Assembly (NCBI GenBank): GCA_030524055.1
Contig: JAUNHH010000005.1
Coordinates: 8,334 to 72,333 of the forward strand
Direction: 5' to 3'
From: Actinomycetaceae bacterium
Lineage (GTDB): Bacteria > Actinomycetota > Actinomycetes > Actinomycetales > Actinomycetaceae
DNA length: 64,000 nucleotides
The position numbers were made by a program, and so were the translations under genes. This document shows positions 19,810 to 27,828 of the stretch, piece by piece. Numbering within the stretch: position 1 is the stretch's first letter; each line of letters starts with the position of its first letter. The notes below the pieces were generated by a model. The model searched no databases. It worked only from the letters and a program-made list of their open reading frames with translations, and was not told the origin of the DNA.

Positions 19810-21285
19810 GTGAGCACAAAAACAGCGAACACCCCTTCTACACGTGCGCCTTCAACGAGTTTCCTCGACTCCTACTTTCAGATCACCAAACGTGGGTCAA
19901 CAATCGGCCAAGAAATCCGCGGCGGCTTCGCCACTTTCTTCGCTATGGCCTACATTCTCGTGGTCAACCCCATTATTCTTTCCGCAGCCATTGGGGATAA
20001 TGCCTCCTTTGGCTTCCAAGATATTGCTGCTGGCACCGCCCTCGTCGCTGGTATTGTCACCATTTTGATGGGCGTTGTTGCCAACTTCCCCCTGGCGCTG
20101 GCCGCAGGTATGGGCCTGAACGCTATGGTCGCCTTTACCCTGGTTCTCGGCTCGGGTCTGACCTACGCCGAAGCAATGGGCCTGATCGTCTGGGAAGGCA
20201 TCCTTATTACGGTGCTAGTCCTGACCGGATTTAGGGGCGCTGTTTTTAAGGCCGTCCCCCTCCAGATTAAAACCTCCATTTCTGTGGGTATTGGCCTCTT
20301 TATTGCCTTTGTTGGCCTGATTAATGCGGGGATTATTCGCCCGGGTGGAACCCCTGTGCAACTCGGCGTTGCTGGATCACTGGCAGGTTGGCCGTCAGTG
20401 GTCTTTGTTTTTGGCCTCCTGCTGACCATTGTTCTCTATGTGCGGAAAGTGAAGGGCGCCATTCTGATTGGCATTTTGTCCTCCACAGTCCTGGCGGTGA
20501 TTCTCCAAGCCATTTTCCACATTCCCGCAATGAAAAATGAGGCGGGTGAGGTTGTTGCTCCCACTGGCTGGGGACAAACAATTCCCGAATTAGCTGGCTC
20601 ACCCATTTCACTGCCACATTTCGGCACCCTTTTCCAGGTGGATCTTTTCGGCGGCTTTGCGAAACTTGGCCCGATTGCCGTTATCCTGTTGATTTTCTCG
20701 CTGATGCTGGCGGACTTTTTCGACACTATGGGCACAATGGTGGCCATTGGTGGCGAAGCGAAACTTCTTGACGAGGAAGGGAACCCTCCGCGTTCCACAC
20801 AGATTCTGCTGATTGACTCTCTCGCGGCAGTTTTCGGTGGTGTTGGCGGCGTGTCCTCAAATACCTCCTATATCGAATCCTCTGCGGGCGTGGGTGAAGG
20901 GGCGCGCACAGGTCTGGCTTCTGTTGTGACCGGCGTTCTCTTCCTCCTGTCTACCTTCTTGGCGCCTGTGGTGAACCTGGTTCCCACCGAAGCTGCCTCT
21001 ACTGCCCTGGTTTTCGTTGGCTTCCTCATGATGGTCCAGGTTGCCGATATTGACTGGACCAAGGTAGAAATCGCAATCCCCGCCTTCCTCACCATTGCCT
21101 TTATGCCTTTCGCCTACTCCATTACCGTCGGCATTGGCATCGGCTTTATTACCTACACCGCTATTCAAGTCGCCCTAGGTAAAGCCTCGAAGATCCACCC
21201 ATTGATGTGGCTGGTTTCCGCCCTCTTTGTGCTGTACTTCGTTCTTGGACCAATCCAGGCGGCTCTGACTGGAGCAGGCGCCTGA
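19810..21285 (+). CDS. NCS2-family purine permease (AzgA-like guanine/hypoxanthine permease)
   Basis: …ITKRGSTIGQEIRGGFATFFAMAYILVVNPIILS… is the AzgA signature; 12-13 TM segments. Start chosen at in-frame GTG 19810, just before the conserved N-terminus; the track ORF begins at 19615. Confidence 0.8.
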   Translation: MSTKTANTPSTRAPSTSFLDSYFQITKRGSTIGQEIRGGFATFFAMAYILVVNPIILSAAIGDNASFGFQDIAAGTALVAGIVTILMGVVANFPLALAAGMGLNAMVAFTLVLGSGLTYAEAMGLIVWEGILITVLVLTGFRGAVFKAVPLQIKTSISVGIGLFIAFVGLINAGIIRPGGTPVQLGVAGSLAGWPSVVFVFGLLLTIVLYVRKVKGAILIGILSSTVLAVILQAIFHIPAMKNEAGEVVAPTGWGQTIPELAGSPISLPHFGTLFQVDLFGGFAKLGPIAVILLIFSLMLADFFDTMGTMVAIGGEAKLLDEEGNPPRSTQILLIDSLAAVFGGVGGVSSNTSYIESSAGVGEGARTGLASVVTGVLFLLSTFLAPVVNLVPTEAASTALVFVGFLMMVQVADIDWTKVEIAIPAFLTIAFMPFAYSITVGIGIGFITYTAIQVALGKASKIHPLMWLVSALFVLYFVLGPIQAALTGAGA

Positions 21286-21330
21286 GGCCCTGAAGGCGGA
21301 GGCTTTCTGCGGCTCCCACCTCATATCCAC

Positions 21331-21375
21331 CCCGGGCGCCCCGCTGAGGACATCAGCGGGGCGCCCGTATCTTTT
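21331..21375 (+). terminator. Rho-independent terminator (14-bp perfect stem GGGCGCCCCGCTGA/TCAGCGGGGCGCCC followed by a T-tract)
   Basis: Read directly from the sequence downstream of the permease stop (21285). Confidence 0.65.
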
Positions 21376-21563
21376 CCCTCCCCATAGGCGTAGCATTACG
21401 AAAGCCCTATTTTTTGGGCCGCAAGTAATGCACTGAAACTCGCGCCCCGCCCTCGTACTGACACCATTGGAGGAATCCCACGTCCGCCACCTTTTACTCC
21501 CTGCGCTACCAGAACTTTCGCCTGTGGGTCGCCGGCAATCTTTTCGCCTCTTCAGCCATTTGG

Positions 21564-22793
21564 ATGCAAAGAGTTGCGATGGATTGGTTGGTACTGACCG
21601 AACTCACCGAGCACTCAGGGACTCAGGTGGGGATTGTGACCGCCCTCCAATTCCTGCCCGTCCTGCTTTTTACCGCGTGGGCAGGGGTCCTGGCTGATCG
21701 TCTGGATCGGCGGCGCTTGGTACAAAGTTGCCAAGCGGTAGTGGCATTGGTGGCCCTTATTGTTGGGGCTCTAGTAGTCAGCGGTTATGCGCAACTGTGG
21801 CAGATCTATGTGCTGGCTTTTGTGTCCGGGGTGGCGTCAGCTATTGAAATGCCCGCACGCCAAGCTTTTGTTTCCGAATTAGTCCCTCAAGAATCAGTCC
21901 CCAATGCGGTGGCACTCAACTCGACCGCTTTTAATACTGCTCGCCTTATCGGTCCAGCAATGGCAGGTTTTGTCATTCAATGGGTGGGGACAGGCTGGGT
22001 TTTCCTGGCTAATGCCCTTCTTCTTATGGCGCCAATAGCCGCGCTTGCGTTTATCCGCACAGAGGAACTTCTCGTCCGCAAGCGCTTGCCACGCGCAAAA
22101 GGACAATTCCGGGAAGGGGTGCGCTATGTGCGTCACCGCCCCGATATTGTCCTGGTATTAGTAGTGGTCACTGTCATTGGTGGGCTGGGACTGAACTTCC
22201 AATTGACCTCAGCCATGATGGCCACCGAAGTTTTTGGCAAAGAAGCCGGGGAATACGGAATGCTGTCCTCGGTATTGGCTATTGGTTCTTTATCGGGATC
22301 GCTTGTGGCGGCGCGCCGGCAACGGCCGCGTTTGCGGACAATTATTGGGGCTGCAGGAGCTTTTGGTTTAGCGGAACTCGCATTAGGGCTAGCGCCTAGT
22401 TATTGGATCTTTGCGGCCTGCGCTATTCCCACGGGATTCGCCACAATCACAATGCTTAATAGCGCGAATACCTATATTCAGATGTCTACTCCAGAAGCAT
22501 TCCGCGGCCGTGTTTTGGCCTTATATTCCGCGATTTTCCTGGGGACAACGCCGGTAGGTTCGCCCTTTATTGGGTGGGTTGGAGAAGCCTTTGGTGCGCG
22601 CTGGTCGCTGCTGGTGGGCGCTATTGCCTGCATTGCGATTGCTGTGGCGGGGGCCGCGTGGGCTGCGCATTACTGGCGGTTGCGTGTGGTGTGGGCTGGT
22701 GGCCGGCTGGAGATTGTGGATGCTCAGGGGCGCACGCGCGCTGAATGCGCTGGCCAGGCCCACCATATTGATTCAGTGGCGGGGTCTGAATAA
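21564..22793 (+). CDS. MFS transporter (EntS/YbdA-like efflux family)
   Basis: 12-TM MFS. The conserved N-terminal MFS segment (…YSLRYQNFRLWVAGNLFASSAIW) is encoded in frame upstream of the first ATG (from ~21462), but no ATG/GTG/TTG lies there even though GGAGGA is at ~21469; start unresolved. Confidence 0.7.
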   Translation: MQRVAMDWLVLTELTEHSGTQVGIVTALQFLPVLLFTAWAGVLADRLDRRRLVQSCQAVVALVALIVGALVVSGYAQLWQIYVLAFVSGVASAIEMPARQAFVSELVPQESVPNAVALNSTAFNTARLIGPAMAGFVIQWVGTGWVFLANALLLMAPIAALAFIRTEELLVRKRLPRAKGQFREGVRYVRHRPDIVLVLVVVTVIGGLGLNFQLTSAMMATEVFGKEAGEYGMLSSVLAIGSLSGSLVAARRQRPRLRTIIGAAGAFGLAELALGLAPSYWIFAACAIPTGFATITMLNSANTYIQMSTPEAFRGRVLALYSAIFLGTTPVGSPFIGWVGEAFGARWSLLVGAIACIAIAVAGAAWAAHYWRLRVVWAGGRLEIVDAQGRTRAECAGQAHHIDSVAGSE

Positions 22794-22797
22794 TTCA

Positions 22798-22835
22798 CGA
22801 GGGCGGAGCCCCGGCGGCCATTCGGCCGCCGGGGC
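22798..22835 (+). terminator. Terminator hairpin GCCCCGGCGGCC-attc-GGCCGCCGGGGC preceded by a family-A copy
   Basis: Perfect 12-bp stem immediately after the MFS stop. Confidence 0.6.
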
Positions 22836-22890
22836 TGGCCTTTAACTGGCGGGTGTTCCACTCAACTGGAGTGGTGTTTCACCAGGTCGG

Positions 22891-24021
22891 TCAGTTATGG
22901 CTAGCCACATGTTGGATAACCCAATCCAGAGCGCCCACCAGCGCCTGTGCATCCTCAAGGGAGGTGTTGGGGAAGGTCGCCACCCGAAGTTGATTGCGTC
23001 CCAAACTCCGATAGGGATCTACATCAACAATCCCATTGCTGCGCAAAATCTCAATGACCTGTGGCGCCGAAATAGAGTCATCCAGATCTATAGTGGCCAC
23101 CACATGCGAACGGAACTCTTGGGCAACAAAAGGTTCTGCCAGCGGGTGAGCCTGAGCCCAGTCGTAGAGTGCGCCCGAAGCCGCCCGGCTTCGCGCCTCC
23201 ATTTCTGCCAGGCCCCCAACCTTGTTCATCCACTGGATCTGCTGATCTAGCATGATCAGCGTTGCCAGTGCCGGAGTATTCAGCGTCTGGTCTTTGACGG
23301 AGTTCTCGATGGCGAGTGACAGGTCTAGAAATTGTGGGACCCACCGTCCAGCTGCGCCGCGCAATTCCTTAGCCCGTTCCAGTGCAGCAGGGGAGAGCAG
23401 CGCCACCCACAGGCCCCCATCAGAGCCAAAACATTTCTGCGGCGAAAAATAGTAGGCGTCACACAGCGTCACGTCCACGTCAATCCCACCCGCTACCGAT
23501 GTGGCATCAATCAGAAGGAGCTGGTCATCTGCGCCAATACGCCGCAATGGGGACAGCGCACCTGTGGAGGTTTCATGGTGGGGGTGAGCAAAAACATCAA
23601 TGGCCCCGCCCTCGTCACTTTCTTCTCCAGTTAATAACGCAACGGAACCTGCTGGGGCAGAGAGGACGAAAGGATCCGCTAAATGTGGGGCAGAAGCGGA
23701 CTCGGCGGCGAATTTCGCGCCAAATTCGCCGAAAATTGCGTGGGCACTGCGATGGCGAATCAACGAGGCCGCAGCTACCGCCCAAAACGCCGTCGCACCC
23801 CCATTACCCAGGACAACCTCCCAGTCTTCAGGGAGATGGAAAAGCTGGCGCAGCCCCTGACGTAGTGATGCGACGACCTCTTTCACAGGACGCTGCCGGT
23901 GGGAGGTTCCCATAATGGGGGAGGAGGCCACCGCGGCAAGGTGCTCAGGGTGAATCCGTGACGGCCCAGATCCGAAACGTCCATCGGCAGGAATAAGGTC
24001 TGTAGGAATGCGCACAGTCAT
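22891..24021 (-). CDS. serC: Phosphoserine aminotransferase (actinobacterial SerC type)
   Basis: Full-length similarity to mycobacterial/corynebacterial SerC (…FSPQKCFGSDGGLW… and the PLP-fold pattern). Confidence 0.85.
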   Translation of the reverse strand: MTVRIPTDLIPADGRFGSGPSRIHPEHLAAVASSPIMGTSHRQRPVKEVVASLRQGLRQLFHLPEDWEVVLGNGGATAFWAVAAASLIRHRSAHAIFGEFGAKFAAESASAPHLADPFVLSAPAGSVALLTGEESDEGGAIDVFAHPHHETSTGALSPLRRIGADDQLLLIDATSVAGGIDVDVTLCDAYYFSPQKCFGSDGGLWVALLSPAALERAKELRGAAGRWVPQFLDLSLAIENSVKDQTLNTPALATLIMLDQQIQWMNKVGGLAEMEARSRAASGALYDWAQAHPLAEPFVAQEFRSHVVATIDLDDSISAPQVIEILRSNGIVDVDPYRSLGRNQLRVATFPNTSLEDAQALVGALDWVIQHVASHN

Positions 24022-24259
24022 GTGACGAATCTACTCGTCTGGAGGGGGTACACGTATTTCGGTGACACTCAGTGAGCGGATTACCTGATATTGGCTGGCG
24101 TTCAGTCGCTGAGAATATCCGGTGTTTCGCCAGGTAAATCGGCTATTTTTGCGCAGCGGGTGCGTGCGGGCATGCTGCGCCGAATATTGTGAACGAAAAG
24201 ATTGGACAGCTCCACCCCCACCACGGTGGTGCCGTTTTCCTGGAGAAAGGAGGCTTGCT

Positions 24260-24943
24260 GTGGGCGACCTCATTGATACCACTGAGATGTACCTGAAGAC
24301 CGTCCTCGAAATGGAAGAAGACGGGGTGACGCCGCTACGCGCACGCATTGTTGAACGTCTCGGGCATTCTGGACCAACAGTGTCCCAAACTGTGGGGCGC
24401 ATGGAACGCGACGGTCTCTTGCATGTCATGGGGGATCGGCGCCTGGAATTGTCTGACGAAGGGCGTGCGAAGGCGATTGAAGTCTTGCGCAAACACCGCC
24501 TTGCGGAGCGTCTTCTCGTTGATGTGATTGGCCTGAAATGGGTGGATGTCCACGAAGAAGCCTGCCGCTGGGAACACGTCATGAGCGCTGCCGTTGAACA
24601 GCGACTCGTGGACCTCCTGGAAAACCCTGAGGTAGACCCTTACGGGAATCCAATCCCTGGATCCGGAGTTGAAGGCCTGGGCAAGTCTGTGGAACTGGTT
24701 GTTCGTACCGGCGTGGCGGGAGTGCATCGCATCACTCGAATTGGGGAGCCTGTGCAGGCCGAAGAAGATCTCATTGCTGATCTTGATAAGGCAGACTTAC
24801 GTCCCGGGGGGTTGGTTACTTTGACCCTTGAAGGTGAAAATGTGCTGGTCACGCCCGTTAGCGAGGGCGGGGATTCGCGCGGCGAAGCAATTGCCCTACC
24901 TATGACCTTAGCCTCACATCTTTTCGTTGACCCCGTCGTGTGA
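24260..24943 (+). CDS. dtxR: DtxR/IdeR-family iron-dependent repressor
   Basis: GTG start with AAAGGAGG upstream; VGDLIDTTEMYLKTVLEMEEDGVTPLRARIVERLGHSGPTVSQTVGRMERDGLL is the DtxR HTH/metal-site region; C-terminal SH3-like domain. The track ORF starts at 24122. Confidence 0.85.
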   Translation: MGDLIDTTEMYLKTVLEMEEDGVTPLRARIVERLGHSGPTVSQTVGRMERDGLLHVMGDRRLELSDEGRAKAIEVLRKHRLAERLLVDVIGLKWVDVHEEACRWEHVMSAAVEQRLVDLLENPEVDPYGNPIPGSGVEGLGKSVELVVRTGVAGVHRITRIGEPVQAEEDLIADLDKADLRPGGLVTLTLEGENVLVTPVSEGGDSRGEAIALPMTLASHLFVDPVV

Positions 24944-25039
24944 GGTCAGGGAAAACCCTGAGAGAAATTGACCCTCGTAACATCCGCGTGACATTTCGAC
25001 CCTGAGGCCTGTATCGTGGTTTCCGGTCAATAGACCAGC

Positions 25040-25195
25040 CCTCTAATCGCACACCTAAGTCGGACCGCGATTGGATAGGGATGACCGCAGGTCCGACGCG
25101 GGGGACCCACTTACTGATCCGCTCGGATCTAGGGGTGAAGTCCGGGAAACTGGACCGGGCGCTCCTGCCCGAATCCGACAGCTAACCTCGTAGGT
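25040..25195 (+). ncRNA. Cyclic-di-AMP riboswitch (ydaO-yuaA class) in the 5' leader of the NlpC/P60 gene
   Basis: Leader contains the conserved blocks AAUCGC, CGGGGGACCCA and CCGAAUCCGACAGCUAACCUCGUAGG, then AAAGGAGAG and the GTG start at 25216. ydaO riboswitches characteristically precede actinobacterial cell-wall hydrolase genes. Boundaries approximate. Confidence 0.65.
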
Positions 25196-25215
25196 TTGAA
25201 AAGGAGAGACACTAC

Positions 25216-26133
25216 GTGACGAACGTGAAGCACACTGCACGCCACCGCAAGGCCCGTCGCCCAATCCTCCCCGTTGGAGAGATTGCCGACTCCCTTATCT
25301 CAATGAACAAGAGCTCTGCCCGTCCCGTGGCTATCGCTTCGGCCACCGGTCTTGCTCTTACCGCTGTTGTTACCGGCAGCGCACAGGCAGCCGCTCAGCC
25401 CAGCGAGGACGTTGTTGCTCCCGCCACCGTTGAAGCTGCTCTGCTCCCCACCACCGTGTCCGTGCCGGACATCCCGTGGGCCGCTGCTGATGAGTCCGTT
25501 TCTGTTGTTGCTGAGGCCCCCGTTGAGGTTGCCGCTGAAGCCACAATCGAAGCTGCCGCGCCAGCAGCCCCTGCTGCTCCTGCTGCCCCCGCCGCTCCTT
25601 CCACGGATGAGGCCGACGACAGCGCTGCTAGCTCTGATAACTCGGTAGCACCTGCCGCTAATACTGAAGGCGGCTCCCGTCAGGAGTCCGTCAACGAAAC
25701 TACTCGCCAGGCCATTGAAGAAGCCGCTTCCCGTGATGATGTCCGTGCGGACGTCTCCACCGAAGCTCCGGCTCCTGCGCCAGCAGCTCCTGCTAGCGCC
25801 AATGGTTCCAGCATCGTTTCCATCGCCATGGGTCTGCTGGGCATCCCCTACGTTTGGGGCGGCTCCACTCCTGCTGGCTTCGACTGCTCTGGCTTTACTC
25901 AGTACGTTTACGCTCAGGCTGGCATCTCAATCCCCCGTACCTCCGGCGCCCAGGGTGCTGCTGGTACCAAGATCTACGACATCAGCCAGGCTCAGCCCGG
26001 TGACCTCGTGTGGCACGCCTACGGCCACGTCGGCATCTACGCCGGCGACGGCATGGTGATTGAAGCCACCACCCCCGGTGAAGTCACTCAGATTCAGCCA
26101 ATCTGGGGCTACGACGCCTTCATCCGCTACTGA
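25216..26133 (+). CDS. NlpC/P60-family peptidoglycan endopeptidase (Rip-like) with Ala/Pro-rich linker
   Basis: Signal peptide/TM, (AAPAAP)n linker, C-terminal NlpC/P60 domain with catalytic Cys/His context (GFDCSGFTQYVY … HVGIY). Confidence 0.85.
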   Translation: MTNVKHTARHRKARRPILPVGEIADSLISMNKSSARPVAIASATGLALTAVVTGSAQAAAQPSEDVVAPATVEAALLPTTVSVPDIPWAAADESVSVVAEAPVEVAAEATIEAAAPAAPAAPAAPAAPSTDEADDSAASSDNSVAPAANTEGGSRQESVNETTRQAIEEAASRDDVRADVSTEAPAPAPAAPASANGSSIVSIAMGLLGIPYVWGGSTPAGFDCSGFTQYVYAQAGISIPRTSGAQGAAGTKIYDISQAQPGDLVWHAYGHVGIYAGDGMVIEATTPGEVTQIQPIWGYDAFIRY

Positions 26134-26269
26134 TCGGCGGGCGCGTAGCTCGATAGAGCTCCAGCCCTGAGAACTGTAGACAATGGCCGGACCCGCGATG
26201 GGTCCGGCCATTGTGCTGTACCCGGCGGGGGCTTGTGGGTCGGGTGCCGATCTCCAAGGGGTCACGCGG

Positions 26270-26440
26270 ACAAAGCGCCGCGAGGACGTAATTTCAGGCT
26301 GAGATTTTCATCGTGGCGGCGGTTTATCAATTGGGGTTGTGGGACCGAAATTGCTGACCTGCGCAAATGCTCGCCCCGCCCTCGTAGGCCAAGACAAACC
26401 GCCACGAGGACGTGGTTCCGACACCGCACCCCTCATTGTG
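26270..26440. repeat. Family-B palindromic repeat unit plus family-A core copy
   Basis: GGACAAAGCGCCGCGAGGACG…CGTGGCGGCGGTTTATCA, GGGACCGAAATTGCTGACCTGCGCAAATG, CGCCCCGCCCTCGT. Confidence 0.6.
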
Positions 26441-26552
26441 AACGCGCTTTGTCAGCTCTCATCACTTAACTTTGCCCTTTTCCGCTCGTTGATATACCGA
26501 GATCGGCACTTATAGTGCACAATAGGGTGACACGCATCACGAGGAGGGTACC

Positions 26553-27482
26553 ATGGGTTCCACCGAAGTCATCCTTGTTGGCGTCGATGGCTCGACGGAG
26601 AGTCTCGCAGCCACAGCCTGGGCAGCCGATAGGGCAAAGATTACCGGGGCAAAAGTCCATGTGATCTGCACCTATGCGCTCGCCTCTTATTCCGCCGCTG
26701 CTCTTGATGGCGGTTATACCGTCCTCGATGATGAGGCTCTTAAACGTGGAGCTGAACTCGTTGTCGAAGACGCTGTCAAACACGCAAAGGAACGTGGCGC
26801 CACCAATATCTCCAGTTCTGTTGAACCCGGCGACCCGGCGGGAATCCTTGTCGAAATGTCAGCGGAAGTTGACCTTGTCGTGGTCGGTTCACGCGGCGGG
26901 GGAGGATTCACTGACCGCCTTCTCGGTACCGTGTCCTCAGCCCTACCCGCCCACGCAAAGTGCCCCGTCGTGGTGGTCCCGCGCCATACCTCAGGCAAAC
27001 ACTTCACGCCGGTTGAACGCATTGTTGTTGGTGTTGATGGTTCGGAAGTCGCGTCAGCAGCCTTGAAACGTTCCGTTGATGAAGCCCTGGCTTGGAAAGC
27101 ACGCCTGACAGCAGTCTCAGCCGTACCTATTGCTTCCACCGGTTCAATGATGTCCTGGCTGCCAACCCAGGTTGATCGCGTTGCCCTCTTGAAGGATGTC
27201 CGCGAAGGCCTGACTAAAGCAGTCGCATCAGCTGTGGATGGGCGTGATCTTGAGGTGCCGTGCCACGCATTAGATGGATCCCCGGCCTCGTTACTTATTG
27301 AGTTCTCTACCGCTGTGGATCTTGTTGTCGTCGGCACACGAGGACGGGGCGGCTTCGCCGGCGTTCTCTTAGGGTCAACGTCACAAACGGTACTTCATCA
27401 TTCCACCTGCCCGATTATGATCGTTCCTTCACGTCATAAGGATGCTCATTCTGCTCCAGCAGGAGCCTGGGAGCGCCGCTAG
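26553..27482 (+). CDS. Universal stress protein (tandem UspA domains)
   Basis: Two UspA-type alpha/beta domains, each with a (V)VVGSRGRGG-type ATP-binding motif; GAGGAGGG RBS. Confidence 0.85.
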   Translation: MGSTEVILVGVDGSTESLAATAWAADRAKITGAKVHVICTYALASYSAAALDGGYTVLDDEALKRGAELVVEDAVKHAKERGATNISSSVEPGDPAGILVEMSAEVDLVVVGSRGGGGFTDRLLGTVSSALPAHAKCPVVVVPRHTSGKHFTPVERIVVGVDGSEVASAALKRSVDEALAWKARLTAVSAVPIASTGSMMSWLPTQVDRVALLKDVREGLTKAVASAVDGRDLEVPCHALDGSPASLLIEFSTAVDLVVVGTRGRGGFAGVLLGSTSQTVLHHSTCPIMIVPSRHKDAHSAPAGAWERR

Positions 27483-27561
27483 AGCGGTAGTGGCAGTCGG
27501 CCCGGCGCTTCGGTGGTAGGCTGGCCACCGCGCCTGCGCATCCACTGGATCGCCGGGCCCC

Positions 27562-27634
27562 GCCCTCGTAGCTCAGGGGATAGAGCACCGCTCTCCTAAA
27601 GCGGGTGTCGGACGTTCGAATCGTCTCGGGGGCA
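27562..27634 (+). tRNA. tRNA-Arg (anticodon CCT)
   Basis: Manual fold: acceptor GCCCTCG/CGGGGGC (one G·U), D-arm GCTC-AGGGGATA-GAGC, anticodon arm CCGCT-CTCCTAA-AGCGG (U33, CCT, A37), T-arm GGACG-TTCGAAT-CGTCT, discriminator A; 73 nt, CCA not encoded. Confidence 0.85.
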
Positions 27635-27828
27635 CTTTTCTTTACCCTTTTTGATCCTGATCTGCAGTGGATGACCGTCGTACACGCTGTTATCGTCCCG
27701 AGTACTCACTCATCCCCATAGCGTGAGTTGTCTTTTTCACCCTGCGACGCGCCGGATCACCTCCACAATCCGGTGCACTTACGGCGCTTCACGCGAATCC
27801 ATGGCGCCTGCGCCGCTACCGTGGCAGG

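Noticed and set aside
24031-24582. 183-aa minus-strand ORF between serC and dtxR
   Set aside because: Overlaps the dtxR 5' region and start, Arg/Ser-rich low-complexity translation, no RBS; likely non-coding.
25170-25200. DtxR/IdeR iron-box-like sequence TAACCTcgtAGGTT near the NlpC/P60 gene, given dtxR immediately upstream
   Set aside because: Half-site order is inverted relative to the iron-box consensus (AGGTTAG-CTAACCT). The sequence belongs to the conserved 3' block of the c-di-AMP riboswitch.
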